Assembly (NCBI GenBank): GCA_964187785.1
Contig: OZ076417.1
Coordinates: forward strand, 61,008,001-61,072,000
Source of the DNA: Amphiscolops sp. MND2022
Taxonomy: Eukaryota
Direction of reading: 5' to 3'
Length of the DNA: 64,000 nt
This document shows positions 1 to 12,260 of the stretch, one piece after another; positions within the stretch are counted from its first letter, which is position 1, and the number at the start of each line of letters is the position of its first letter. The notes beneath the pieces were generated by a model. It saw only the letters and a program-made list of their open reading frames with translations, was not told the DNA's origin and made no database searches. The translations under genes were made by a program, and so were the position numbers.

Positions 1-1
1 G

Positions 2-3000
2 GACTCCCGGAAACTAAACGAGATAACGGTAAAAAGGAAAGCACAAATGCCAAACATGGAGGAACTAATTTCAAGAATCTCCAGAAAAATAGCCGACGGA
101 CCGGAAGACGAAATCTGGATCTCGAAGTTCGATCTAGATTATGCGTACGGTCAACTACGATTATCGAAACGAGCAATGGACCTTTGCATATTCGCGGTGA
201 CCGGAGGTAATTTTACCGGTTACTATCGTTTTTTGAAAGGATTTTACGGGTTAGCGGACATACCGACCATTTTCCAAGAGAAAATCGATCAAACGTTGGA
301 AAACAAACATCCAGCATGGCTAGATGACATTATAGTAGTAACCAAAGGTTCAAAACAGAAACACATGGAGGAACTAATCGATGTGTTAACGAGACTAGAA
401 AACGCGGGTTACAGACTAAGCGAGAACAAATCTGAACTTTTCAAAACCGAAATAGAATGGATCGGCCACAAAATTGACCAAAACGGTATTAGACCGTTAC
501 AGGACAAACTAACCGCAATAAAAGAACTGAAAAGACCCGAAAATGAGAAGGAACTAAAATCGTTCCTAGGCGCAATTCAATATTTATCAAAATACATCGA
601 AAATCTGTCAGCACAAACCGACATCTTAAGACAGCTACTAAAAAAAGATAACACTTGGAATTGGACCGATGAACATACCACAGCGTTTGAAAACTTAAAA
701 CAAAAAATCACGGAAATACCGTGTCTGGCTCACTACAATTCAAACCGTCCGAATATATTAACAACGGACGCCAGCACAAAAGGATTGGGCGCAACGCTGT
801 GGCAAGAACAGCCAAACGGAGATTTAAAACCGATCGGATTTGCCAGTCGCTTCCTTTCCGATACAGAAAAGAAATACGCAATCAATGAATTGGAATTATT
901 GGCAGTCGTATGGGGATTAGAACACTTCCGTCTTTATATATACGGTAAACCGATAAAGCTATTGACAGACCACCAAGCATTAGAGCCATTAATTAAACGC
1001 AACCGATCCAATAAAACGTACAGCGCGCGGCTAACGAGGTGGCTCGACCGCTTAGCGCACTTCACAATCAACGTCAGCCATATAGCCGGCAAACATTTAG
1101 CACTCACGGATTATCTCAGTCGTAACCCGTCGGCACCTCCACAAACCGATGACGTATACGACGAAGAATACGTAATCAATAACGTCATCCCGCACTACAA
1201 ATTCGTAACCAAATACGGTTGCCTTAGCAACCATTTTAACCAATCAAAACACGGAACGCAAAAAGAGACTACGCGCAAAGCAAACAACACACCAAAACAT
1301 TCCAAAACGCGTGAACAAATCGCCATTAATTGCCTTAAAAGTTCACAAATCAGCAGCTCAATTCAAACCGCACCGAAAGATAAAATTATCATGGACGCCA
1401 GAACCATCGATAATCTTGAACAAGCTGATAACTCGACAGAAACTAGATATCTCATTGCTAGATGGAGAGATATTGTAAAGCCCGGGGTTTATAGACAGTC
1501 AGGTGGCCGCTGGAAAAAGTACCACGAACCCAAATTCCTGAGAAACGAGAGACGAGTCATTGAAGAACAACTTCAACAAGCCATCAGAAACCTAGAAAGC
1601 CGAAATCAACAAGAACCAGACGGGGGATTTCAACCGGAAACCAGAAGACAGGAACAATGGACGGTTGACCCGTTCTGGGACATTGACAGACCGCAAGCTA
1701 CGGCCAACACAGAAGACAGACCCGGGCCCTCGCAGCAACAACCAGTACCGATGGAAGAAGGGGAAATTGACTCGGAATCCGATCAAGACCCGTCCATACT
1801 CGAAGTCCCCGCAGTTAATTGGGCAAAATACGCAGGCGTTAAAAGCGTCCAATATATAAAAATGGGACATGCCCCCAGAACCACCGCGGAAGAGCCGAAC
1901 AACTGGGACCTCGGAAACGCGGTACGTGAATCGGAGAAGAATTTCTCCACAGATCTCCAGTTGCTGATGACAGAGACAACTAATGACCCGACTCTCCTAA
2001 AAACACTCGTGTGCCTTGAGAGACAGCAACAAGACAACATACCAGAAGAATACCAGCAATGCCGAAGAAAATTATCTACCAGGTACGGACTCGTGTTCTA
2101 TGAAGACCGCATAATTGTCCCGAAAAATCTCAGAACAACGGTGATCAGCCTCCTCCATAAAGGCCATCCCGCCATCAACAAGATGTCAATGGCGGCACGA
2201 CACTTCTGGTGGCCAAAAATCACCGAGGCCATACAAAAGAAATGCGACGGCTGCATCCCGTGCAAAATGTCCGGTAAGAATATCAAACCTAACTTACATA
2301 ATACGGAAAAAAACCAATTACCGGCTTTAAACAATCCGAACGAAGAAATACAACTGGATTTTATCGGACCGTTCACCGAAAGAAACCAAAGGTTTTTTAT
2401 TTTACTCTCAATGGACCGGTTTAGAAAATGGCCGGCGGCAAGCCTTTGTAAATCGACCGACGGCGAAACCACGGTTAAATTTATGGAACAATATATAAAC
2501 CTGAACGGCATTCCGAAAACTATTAGAACGGATAAAGCCACGGCATTTACGGGCCACACTTTTAGAGAGTTTTGTAAAAATCACCACATTAGACTCATAT
2601 ATGGGACACCATATATACACACCCCCACAGGGCTGGTCGAACGCGGCGTAAGGACTTTGAAAGAGACAATGCTGACGAACATAAAAGCGGGCGAAAAATT
2701 TAACAAAGCATTAGACATAGCCTTAAACGTGATGAGAAAAACACCCCACACGAGATTGGGGAAATCTGCTTTTGAATTACACTACGGACGAGAACCGAAT
2801 ACGGAAATCAGTAACCTTTTAAACTTAGATAAACTGAAAACTATAACAAACAATTGTTTTTCAGCAAAACCAGATACCCTACAGGTATATTCCTTCAACG
2901 GAGCTGGCGGTGCCTCTGACCAGCTACCGATGAAACAAAAGAAAGGACAAAAAGGAGTGAGTACCTACCCATTTCAATTTCTCGAGAAAAGAATAAATAA

Positions 3001-4027
3001 ACCGAAATTTGAGAGCGCTTACTCAAATAAACTACAAACCGCCATATCGGGAACTAAACACACGGTCACAACCGCGGAAAATAGAATCCTACATAGAAAA
3101 CACATTAGTAAACCAATCTTTGAATTTGAACAGGAACAGAACAACAGTGGCATGGGACTGAGAGGACCGGACGGCCGGTTCATAAAATCCCCCAGACTGA
3201 CACGAGAAGCCAAATCAGACAGCGACTCGGAGAAGAGCAATCCAACAACACCACAAATGGATACTACTCAAATAACAGAGGGCACACAATCCCGAAGCAA
3301 CCCAACTACGCCAACCACAAAAACAAGCGGATCATTTGGAAGAGGACGCCCAAAACTGGTCCGCAACAGACAAAGCCCTGGTTCACTTACCGGCTCAACG
3401 GACAGCCTCGGCCCTCTAACCATCATTACGGAAAACATGACGGATACGGACATTGACCGTATCATTGAAGATGCCAAACAAAATGACACAGAACTTTTTA
3501 TCAAAGACTTAAACGGTAAGGTAACTCTTAATAACAACAATACCGTTTACGGAGGGAAAGAGAATAAGGAAAAAAACAACCTAGAAACAGAAACCTCCGA
3601 CCTAGAATTAATCAGTAACCTAAGTTCTAGCACCGAAATAGAACAAGAAACAAAAGAACACAACTTACGGAGATCGAAAAGATTAACAAAAACAAACCCC
3701 ATTATTAGATTTAATAATCCCATAACATCTGATTACAGGAAACACCGTAAACAGACTAAACGCCCAGAAGACACCAGAAACCGAGGAAGACACTCGGGAA
3801 AAGACCAGCAGCGTCGAATACTAAACGACACAATGGAAGAGCCAGTCCAGGCAGAACAATTCAACCGGACAACTGACGAATCGCGGGCCACCGCGAATAC
3901 ACCAAAATTGCTTTGGACGGAAAACCGCCATAAAGAACAAACCTCCCCCATTGGTCAACTATTATCCAATCGCGGAGGGGGGAGTGAAGCAGCAGCTAAA
4001 GAACTAGAGTTAGAGGACAAATCATAG
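2..4027 (+). CDS. pol: Gypsy Pol polyprotein (RT, RNase H, integrase), open from the window edge
   Basis: Frame is open from base 2 (DSRKLNEITVKRKAQMPN...). RT motifs FDLDYAYGQ, FYGLADIP, WLDD; RNase H TDAS..GLGA, ELELLAVVWGLEHF, TDHQAL; integrase H..H, C..C (LHKGH...CDGCIPC), LDFIG, TDKA, GLVERGVRTLKE. Confidence 0.95.
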   Translation, partial: DSRKLNEITVKRKAQMPNMEELISRISRKIADGPEDEIWISKFDLDYAYGQLRLSKRAMDLCIFAVTGGNFTGYYRFLKGFYGLADIPTIFQEKIDQTLENKHPAWLDDIIVVTKGSKQKHMEELIDVLTRLENAGYRLSENKSELFKTEIEWIGHKIDQNGIRPLQDKLTAIKELKRPENEKELKSFLGAIQYLSKYIENLSAQTDILRQLLKKDNTWNWTDEHTTAFENLKQKITEIPCLAHYNSNRPNILTTDASTKGLGATLWQEQPNGDLKPIGFASRFLSDTEKKYAINELELLAVVWGLEHFRLYIYGKPIKLLTDHQALEPLIKRNRSNKTYSARLTRWLDRLAHFTINVSHIAGKHLALTDYLSRNPSAPPQTDDVYDEEYVINNVIPHYKFVTKYGCLSNHFNQSKHGTQKETTRKANNTPKHSKTREQIAINCLKSSQISSSIQTAPKDKIIMDARTIDNLEQADNSTETRYLIARWRDIVKPGVYRQSGGRWKKYHEPKFLRNERRVIEEQLQQAIRNLESRNQQEPDGGFQPETRRQEQWTVDPFWDIDRPQATANTEDRPGPSQQQPVPMEEGEIDSESDQDPSILEVPAVNWAKYAGVKSVQYIKMGHAPRTTAEEPNNWDLGNAVRESEKNFSTDLQLLMTETTNDPTLLKTLVCLERQQQDNIPEEYQQCRRKLSTRYGLVFYEDRIIVPKNLRTTVISLLHKGHPAINKMSMAARHFWWPKITEAIQKKCDGCIPCKMSGKNIKPNLHNTEKNQLPALNNPNEEIQLDFIGPFTERNQRFFILLSMDRFRKWPAASLCKSTDGETTVKFMEQYINLNGIPKTIRTDKATAFTGHTFREFCKNHHIRLIYGTPYIHTPTGLVERGVRTLKETMLTNIKAGEKFNKALDIALNVMRKTPHTRLGKSAFELHYGREPNTEISNLLNLDKLKTITNNCFSAKPDTLQVYSFNGAGGASDQLPMKQKKGQKGVSTYPFQFLEKRINKPKFESAYSNKLQTAISGTKHTVTTAENRILHRKHISKPIFEFEQEQNNSGMGLRGPDGRFIKSPRLTREAKSDSDSEKSNPTTPQMDTTQITEGTQSRSNPTTPTTKTSGSFGRGRPKLVRNRQSPGSLTGSTDSLGPLTIITENMTDTDIDRIIEDAKQNDTELFIKDLNGKVTLNNNNTVYGGKENKEKNNLETETSDLELISNLSSSTEIEQETKEHNLRRSKRLTKTNPIIRFNNPITSDYRKHRKQTKRPEDTRNRGRHSGKDQQRRILNDTMEEPVQAEQFNRTTDESRATANTPKLLWTENRHKEQTSPIGQLLSNRGGGSEAAAKELELEDKS

Positions 4028-4194
4028 ACAGACATTACTATTGTTCAATACCATTATACTTAATTGTCTAGATGTCCTTAGTACCTGCTACTATTGTCTA
4101 TACCTAAAAAGCTGATCTTTATTCAGTACGAAAAGATTGATGTTCGAATACAGTTTTATGTTGTTAACTTTTGTCAAGCAAAGAGATTACAACA
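3985..4194 (+). repeat. 3' LTR of Gypsy A (210 bp)
   Basis: Starts TGAAG directly after the PPT and ends ...GATTACAACA; shares TTAGAGGACAAA and AGTACCTGCTA blocks with the LTR of element C. Confidence 0.75.
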
Positions 4195-6215
4195 CCTAAT
4201 GAATACTACTGAAATTACTTTTTAACAATTCCTAAAACATACTATTTTGCTCTATTTTGTGAACACATAGAAGTGTACAGGTGTGAAATTATCTGAAGAA
4301 TGGAAAAATTAGCATAAATTAGAAGCTGATATATATTTTCTATGTATGATTTTTCCTTTTTCATGTTTGCTACATGTATTGTGTTTAGATTATACGTTGA
4401 ACTATATTCTTTTCCTGTAGAGTCGAAAATTCTCAATTTTTGGTACAATTTTTTAAAAATTTTTTCATTTCGCCCTACACCGAATTTTGCGGAAATGCTT
4501 TTTTAATGTTTAAAATTTAAAAGTTTGCAGCTGATTGTGTAAGCTAATGTAATGTGGGAAAATGGTTTTCAATGTATTTCATTGAATAGATTTTGTTTTA
4601 AGAGACTTGTGTTTTTCATCGTGGCTTTAATATCTGTCAGCTTTTCTCGTTTGAACGTTTGAAAATTAATGTGAAATTTTTTGAACCATGCAGAATTTCC
4701 ACAAAATTTTTAGCGGGACAAAATTCATCAATACTTTGTAAGTTTCTTCCCTTGTGAAAAAAAAAACAATTTAAAAAATCATTGTGTTATTTAGAAATGC
4801 TTCAATATTGTTTGATAATCTTTTTCCAAGTACATTGTAAGGAATTCACGTGAAATGAAAATTTTCCACTCGATTGGCAAACAATGACTTCCGGTTTGCT
4901 TCGTTTTACAACATTGATGAGAAAGAATTAGATTAATTCCAAGGAGAACGAAGCTCACAGCCTCAAAATGATTCCATTTTAGGACATATCGCTATCTTGA
5001 CATTTATAATTCGTTAGTTAGCAAAAATGAAGCACAACACAACCTCAGTGATAATTTGAAAATCTATTCAACTTTTCCTTGTTTCAGATTAAAATAAAAC
5101 CCTTTTTTCAAGTTGACAGTTTTTAGGAATCGATTTCGCTTTCAGAACTGAAAAACTTAAGACAAATTTCAAGTTACCGAAATTGTTGATAATTGAAAGA
5201 AAGAATTGTGTACATTTATTTATGAGAGATTTAAAAAATTGAAAAAAACTCAATAGTTTGACAAAAAAGCTAAATGAAGAGCCGAGAAATTGGCAATAAT
5301 ACTTTCAAGAACTTTGCAATTTTTGGAGACAATACTTCGTTTTCAATATTTTTTTGCCAACATTTGTACATTTTATTGACTTTTTCATTCATAACATAGA
5401 GAATTGTGTCTTGAATTTGAGTCCCCTCAATGCCCAAAAAGTTTGTATTGAAAAATGGGAATGGTAAAATGGAAATGGATCTCGCACAATTCTCGCTGTA
5501 AGGCTAAGTGGGCCTCTTGAGACGTTGGAGTGTCAAAAACAATTGGAATTACTGTAGAGCACATTTTGCATAAATGTATAATCGTTCGTGTGGCTTGGAA
5601 TTAATTGAACACATAAAGCAAGAAAACTTTTCCGCAGTTTTTCTGGTCTATTGCATTTGCTAGAATTTTCAAATCACAATGCATGGCTGTAAAAAATGGT
5701 CTTTAAGAACCGCCTGGTATCATTATGATTCAACAAAAGTTGGCAGTCTAACAACTCGCATCTGAAGACATTGGTTAGAACTTTATGCAGTGAGCAAACG
5801 CTATTTTTGAACATTTATCAATTCATGTGCAACTTTGGCGGCTTCAAAATAAAGTCATACGCGATGACTTGGGATCAAAATTTTCGCTGAATTTTCTTGT
5901 GGCAGAGGTCTAATGCCGCCATCACTCAACCTCATGAAACAAACCTCGAGAAAACAGTTAGCAGGTTGTTAGTAAAACAACCATAGAGGTTTGAACTAAA
6001 AAAAAGAACCATTTGCCACATGGTCTGAATACAAGTTACAGTTGCGTGCAATCTATCTATTGCTTTCAATTCAGTCAAGCTAACAGCTATAACATTGCGC
6101 TGCGAGAATTGCCCGATACTGAAGATGCGACGACATCACGGGGACGTCAGCTGTGGCGGGGCTGCCAACTTTTTGGGGCACAGCAGAAATTTAAACAGAA
6201 TGGGAAAATTGGTAA

Positions 6216-9200
6216 ATGAAATTTTTTACGAGACGTCACAGAACAAAACCCAAAGATAGCCGGGCTCATCAACAACTTAGACGAGCAAGCGGCAGAGAGG
6301 AAGATGGTGAGTGTGCTCTTTTTATCACTGGGAATAGCTGGACGAAAAAGCTTAACAGACAAGTTTCACCACATGAGAGCTGCAACAATCTCACTTCGAT
6401 AAAAACGAGAAAATTGCGAAGAAGCCTTTAGAAAGCCGAGAAATTGCACACTGGAAAGATACAAGTTTTTCTCGAGAAGACAAACGCAAAAAGATACGCT
6501 GAGACAATTCTGGCATACATTAACGGGCATGGCGGCCAAGTGCGAAATTGGCGATCAAACGCACAGACTGATCATGGATACTTTTATCCAGAACATGAAT
6601 AATAAAATGGTTCAACAAAAGTTCTGTACAGAACCAAAGGAAAACCCCGAAGAAGTGTTTTGCTTTGCAGTAGCATACGAAGAGGGAGTAATTCAGCACA
6701 AAGCATTTGAAGCAACAACTGGAATAAAAGAAATCAAACAAGAGCCAATCTTGAATATCAATCGAGACACATGCGGACTAAGAGAATTAACCTGATTGAA
6801 CAAGATGACAGCCAATCAGAAAGCAGCAACGAGATGAACGAAGAGAAAATGGTGCTACACGTAAGCGGTGCAGGAAATAAACCGTTTGTATTGAAAGGCA
6901 AAATCATCAAAGAACCGTTCAAAACCATGACAGATTCAGGGTCGCTGATAAACAATATTTAAGATCTCAGAAAGATTTTGAAAGTGGATGTGATATTTGC
7001 CAGGCCAGTCCCAAACAACGAGCAATACATGGATTACCATAACAAACCCTTAAGCTTACTGGGATTCACAACAGTGGAACTACAGGTGGGGAAGAAAAAA
7101 CTGAAGAACGCTAGAATACTAATCACGAGAGATGGGAAGATGGTCCTTAATAGGACGAGATTGGCTCAACGAACTAAACTTCCGCGTGGGATAAGTAAAA
7201 CAAAAGGGTGAGTATAACCAAACTGTAAACAACAGAAATAAAACAAGTGAAAAAAAATAAAGACTTGGAAGCGTTGACAAAAAAATTTCCAAAACTCTTC
7301 AATAGGAAAGGAAAAATAAAAGGGCATAACATCAAAGTTGAGTTTAAAAGGGATGCAAAAATGACGCAACAAAAGGGGCGTAGAGTCCCCCTCCAACTAA
7401 AGACAGCAGTAGAAGCAGAAATTGCAAAACTCATCAAGGAAGGCCACATCAGACAAATCGACAAATTAAACGACGAAGTATTCATACAACCGACGGTCAT
7501 AACCGTCAAACGCTACAAAACAGTCAAAATCGCGCTAGATGCCATACAACTAAACAATGGGATCCAGAAAGACAAATACCGAATGCCGAACCTAGACAAC
7601 TTGAAGGAAAAAGAAGCAGAGATAATAAAAAGCACAAATGAAGAGAGTGTCAAATTCACATCACTGGTCATGCAATACCGATATGGACAAACGGAGATGC
7701 ACCCAGACACCGCAAAACACTGCAACGTTCAAATCATCGGAGGGAAAGCGAGGGGGACATATACACAATTATTACAGGATTTTCCGGCCTAACAACGATG
7801 CCCCCAGAATTCCAGAAACTCATGGACAAAATCCTACACAACGTACAAAACACATTTACCTTCATCGACGACATCCTAGTGGTAACAAAAGGAAGCAAGG
7901 AAGAACACTAAAAGCAGGTTGAAAACGTGATAAAAATTCTGGACGAAGCCGGGATTCGACTAAAAGAAGAAAAAAGCCAAATCGCACAATCCGAAACAGA
8001 ATGGCTCGGATTTAAGCTCACGGCGACAGGGGTGAAACCAACCGACAGCAAAGTCCAAGCTATATCAGCTAAGTTAAAGCCACAAAGTCTGAAGTATCTA
8101 CGATCATTTATGGGCGCGACAAACCAGATGAACCGGTTTATCCCAAACCTAGCAAAATTGTGCGCTCCGCTCAGACCTCTCCTGAGCAAGGATACAAAAT
8201 GGGAATAAAAAACAGAACACGAACGCGCATTTGACGAAATAAAGAAAACGATACAAAAATGATCTGAAATACAACATTTTATAAGAGACACAAATCGTTA
8301 AGAATTGTATGCGACGCCGGTATAGAAGGATTCGGGCGGTTCTCCAACAGTAAGCAGACGAAGGCTGGAAAGCGATCCATTTTCCATCAAAGTTTCTAAC
8401 ACCCTTAGAGCAAAAGTATTCTATAAAGAGGTAGAATTACTCGCAGTAGTCTGGTCAGTAAAAAATTTTAGAAATTTTGTCTATGGAACCACTTTTGAAA
8501 TAGTATCCGATCATAAAGCGTTAACATCAATTTAAAAAAGAAATAGAGCGAATAAAACGTTCTCAAGCCCACTAACTAGGTGGATAGATAGATTACTTCT
8601 TTTCCAATTTACGGTTAGCCACGTAATGATAGAACATTAGGAATGGCAGACTATCTGTCACGACATCCATCGCCGAGTAATAATAATATTAAACTAAGAA
8701 AAGCTGTAGAACTATGGGACAACTGGTTCACAGTAAACCAAATTATTGTAGATAAGCCTGTTTTAATGGAGCAGAACAAACAACCAAATCACAGGCGAGC
8801 AGACAAAGCAGAGCGAATTGGCAAGAAGCAGCAATGCGTCAAGCGACAGCGAGTTAAACAAACAGTACGAACAAACAATCAAAAGCATAAATGCGTCAAT
8901 CAATCCAAGCGCAAGCCACGCCGCGAAAATGGAAAGTTCGGAAAGCGAGACGTACGACGTCGCAAGCACAATTGAATTCGCGTCAAACCCACCTCTAAAA
9001 ACACCAATGTGTTGTTGAATTAATCAAACTGAATTTCGTCAAACGCTTGCAACTACACCTTTGCCGCCCACTTTGAAACCGACGAATTTTTACAAAAAGA
9101 TTTTACGCTGATTCAAAAGCCCGATTCCACAAAGATAAATCGACTTCCTGCCCCCTGGAGGGAAAAATTCAAGTGTTTGTGCCTCGACAAACACAACTAC

Positions 9201-10770
9201 TTATATATGGACGAAAGACTGGTAGTGCCTAAAGAACTACGTCCATTTTTTCTCCGAAGCCTGCACTACGGACATCTCGGCCGGGATATTAAGTTATCAA
9301 CAGTGTCAAACCTCTGGTGGCCACGCTTGCACCGCGAAGTGGTGGGAATCGCCAATTTATGCCATCAATGCCAAATTGCTGGTAAGAATATCAAAACCAT
9401 TCTAAATCAAAAACAAGTAGGGGAGCTACCTATACGCAAAGAAGCGAATCAAGAAATAGCTATAGACTTCGCCGGACCGTTCCAAAACGCGATAGGGGCG
9501 AAAAAATATTTACTAGCATCAATTGATCACTTTACGGCATGGCCCGAAACAAAATTTTTACGAAAACCGAACACAGAAAAAGATATTGAGTTCTTAAAGA
9601 AATATATCGCACGGCACGGAATACCGCAAAAAATAAGAACGGACCCGGTAAAAATTTTTCGTAGCAAAAAATTTAAAGAATTTTGTCGAAAACGGTACAT
9701 AGAACACATAGAATGCCCAATAAAGGATCACAAAGGAAATGGCAAAATAGAAAGACTGATTCGCACGATAAATGAGAGATTTCGTACAAACAAAGAAGTT
9801 GTCATAAAAAGAGGTAAGTCAGGCCTGTCAGAAATTTTATTTGCACTCCGAATGAACCCATCGGCGAAGAAAAATCCCCGTACAAAAGATATACCGGAAA
9901 AGAACCCAATACCGTAAAACGAATTATAACCAATACTGATCGGAAAATTTCAGACTCTCCAGAACTCAAGCTGGACGATGAAGATTTCGAGTCGGAACCA
10001 GACTCAACGATCTTAGTCAGAGAAAGAGCGAAGGGCACAAAGTTGGAAGGAGACTTCAAAAAGAGGAAAGGAGTACTGATGGAACAAAGCAACAATACCA
10101 TCAATTTCATTCCAGCAGCAAGATCAAAAACGACAATAATCTTCAAACAAAATTAAGGAAATTGGGACCAACAGCCATGTCGTTCGCAATGGCTTATAAA
10201 CAAAGAAGTTCCAGAAACCCAACAACAGACAAAACCGCGGGAACTGCCAAAACCAGAAGAATTGACAACGCCAGAAGAAACGACCTTACCAGACGAATTG
10301 GCAAACCAGCAGAGCACCGCAACAACAACAACAACAACAACAACTACAACAACAACAACAACAACACCAACAAATAAACCAACCAATCAGAGCCAAGAAA
10401 ATGCAAAATGACGAACAAGCACACTCAAAGCGCGAAAACAGAAAGCAAAAGAAACAAAACGGAAGCGAAACCAAAACAAGAAAAAACTCAAAAAACTGCA
10501 ACGAATGGTAAAAGAAGTAGAATATGAGTCAGACGAAGAAGCAACGACACAAACAGAACAAAAGGAGGGCGAGAGACAGGAAGAAAAACCAGAAAAAGCA
10601 GAAAAAATCAAAGAGGAAAAAGAAGGAAGTGACAAAGAGCCGAAAACAACACCAAAAAGAAGAGGACAGCGAAGCCGAAACAAGCCGAACTACTATGGAC
10701 AAGACGTCATGGTAACTCAACTCTCCCCAGCAAGGGAACCAGAAGAAGAAGAAGAAGCCAAGCGACAATG
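6216..10770 (+). pseudogene. Fragmented gag-pro-pol of element B
   Basis: Broken ORFs: gag (CEIGDQTHRLIMDTFIQNM), protease-like (MTDSGS), RT (KVEFKRDAK...VKIALDA...YRMPNL; FIDDILVV at nucleotide level), RNase H (ADYLSRHP), integrase (LHYGHLG...CHQCQ; IDFAGP; GKIERLIRT). Many stops and frameshifts. Confidence 0.88.
10320..10373 (+). repeat. (CAA)n microsatellite in the tail of element B
   Basis: About 18 CAA/CTA/CCA triplets. Confidence 0.95.
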
Positions 10771-11929
10771 AGAAAAACATGGAAAGACAAAAAGCCCCTA
10801 GGCGAAAAACAAACTTCATACTTTATGTAACAATTGCTCAAGTATTTATTAGTAAAGAGCATAATTTATCTTATCAGTTGCTAACACTATAATCACCACT
10901 GTAGTTGTAATTTTATATTACCCAATTGTACTAACTGAAATATTGTGGGGGATGTGACAAAGCTCCAATGCCGCCATCACTCAACCCCATGAAACAAACC
11001 TCGAGAAAACAGTTAGCAGGTTGTTAGTAAAACAACCATAGAGGTTTGAACTAAAAAAAAAGAGAACCATTTGCCACATGGTCTGAAAACAATTTACAGT
11101 TGCGTGCAATCTATCGATTGTTTTCAATTGAGTCCAGCTCACAGCTATAACATTTCCTGAACGAAACGATTTTGAGCAAGTTAGAGCTGCAGTTTTTCGA
11201 GAAGAAAGTTCAGAAATTCAAGAATGAAGATTCTTAGATAAGAAGCAACTTTGTGCAACATTCAATAGTGGAAGGTTCGGTTTATTGTTTGAGAAAGGTT
11301 TTGTTAAATTCTGAATCGAATCAGAACGCTTCGAATGAGGTATAAATAGATGAACTCAAGTAAAACAATTGACATCAAAAACCTCCCAAATAATCTCTGA
11401 TAGACTCCAAAGGACAAATGCTTCCATGTTTCATGAACACTCCATTTTAGGACTCGGAAAAAAGTTTTGACGAATTATGCACTAGTACCATTTTTCCCGA
11501 GCTTTCAATGAAAATTTCAAATTTCTCAAAAACTGTCCATTCGATTTTTATGAAATTTGCAGTCATTCTACACGCGAAGATGGTCCTGCGTGCGCAATGG
11601 CATCAAAATTGTGTAACTGGGATCTGAGAAACACAGCCAAAATAGTCCAAAAATGACCAATTGACACTAAAGTCGTAAGTTGTATTTGCTTCAGCAGAAA
11701 AAAAATGAGAAAGAAAGTGTTAGCAATTAAAATGAAAGTGTAGAGAGCTACCGACCATACAGACAGTCCATGGCATCAAATCCCACTAAGTTGTTACACG
11801 TAAAACGTGGACACCAAGCAAGTTGACATCCTCTCATTTGTGCCGCGCTTTTTTCTTTTTTGCAGCCAAACCATTCGTGAGGGCAGAACTTGGCGTAGCA
11901 ACCGATGTCCGTGTATCGTTCGGCTGTTT

Positions 11930-12190
11930 TAAGTGTTTAGACCTATTCTATTGGGCTCTGCTGGTTTTCAGAGCTGTTACGACTAACAACGTTGTTGACT
12001 CTGAAGCCAAGCAAATCCGTCGCCGCTGGTATGATTTAGAATCATCAGGAGCATTCAAACAAGTAGAATTTCAACCCGCAGCTACAGAGCGAACAAAATT
12101 CTTGACGGAACAACTTTGCCTCCGATACCAAGTTGGTATGTTGTGGGCTAAATAACTACTTTCCGACCTCCTTACAGCCGAAATCCGATC
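11930..12190 (+). pseudogene. Short BEL/Pao pol fragment
   Basis: Translation ...RRRWYDLESSGAFKQVE...RYQVGMLWAK aligns with LRSWYEMESFAAMKQIH...RYQVGMLWADD of the intact BEL ORF at 28844-35272. Confidence 0.7.
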
Positions 12191-12260
12191 TTGCCAAAGA
12201 CGCTGAGAACTATTCTCGAAAACAATCCAAGTGGCATCTCCAAAGGACACATTGTCATTA

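Larger units (their letters stand above)
1..4194 (+). mobile_element. Ty3/Gypsy LTR retrotransposon A (5' part outside window)
   Basis: Pol ORF with domain order RT-RNase H-integrase, polypurine tract GGAGGGGGGAG (3974-3984), then a TG...CA 3' LTR (3985-4194) ending ATTACAACA like the LTR of related element C. Confidence 0.93.
5898..11152 (+). mobile_element. Decayed Ty3/Gypsy element B with two ~200-bp LTRs
   Basis: LTRs 5898-6094 and 10953-11152 (TGTG...TATAACA; about 12 substitutions plus a 3-nt indel by manual count). PBS-like TTGCGCTGCGAG at 6095, PPT GTGGGGGA before the 3' LTR, near-TSD TTTCT/TTTCC. Confidence 0.9.

Noticed and set aside
10153-10501. Poly-Val, poly-Cys and poly-Asn ORFs
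   Set aside because: They are translations of the CAA microsatellite and A-rich tail of element B.
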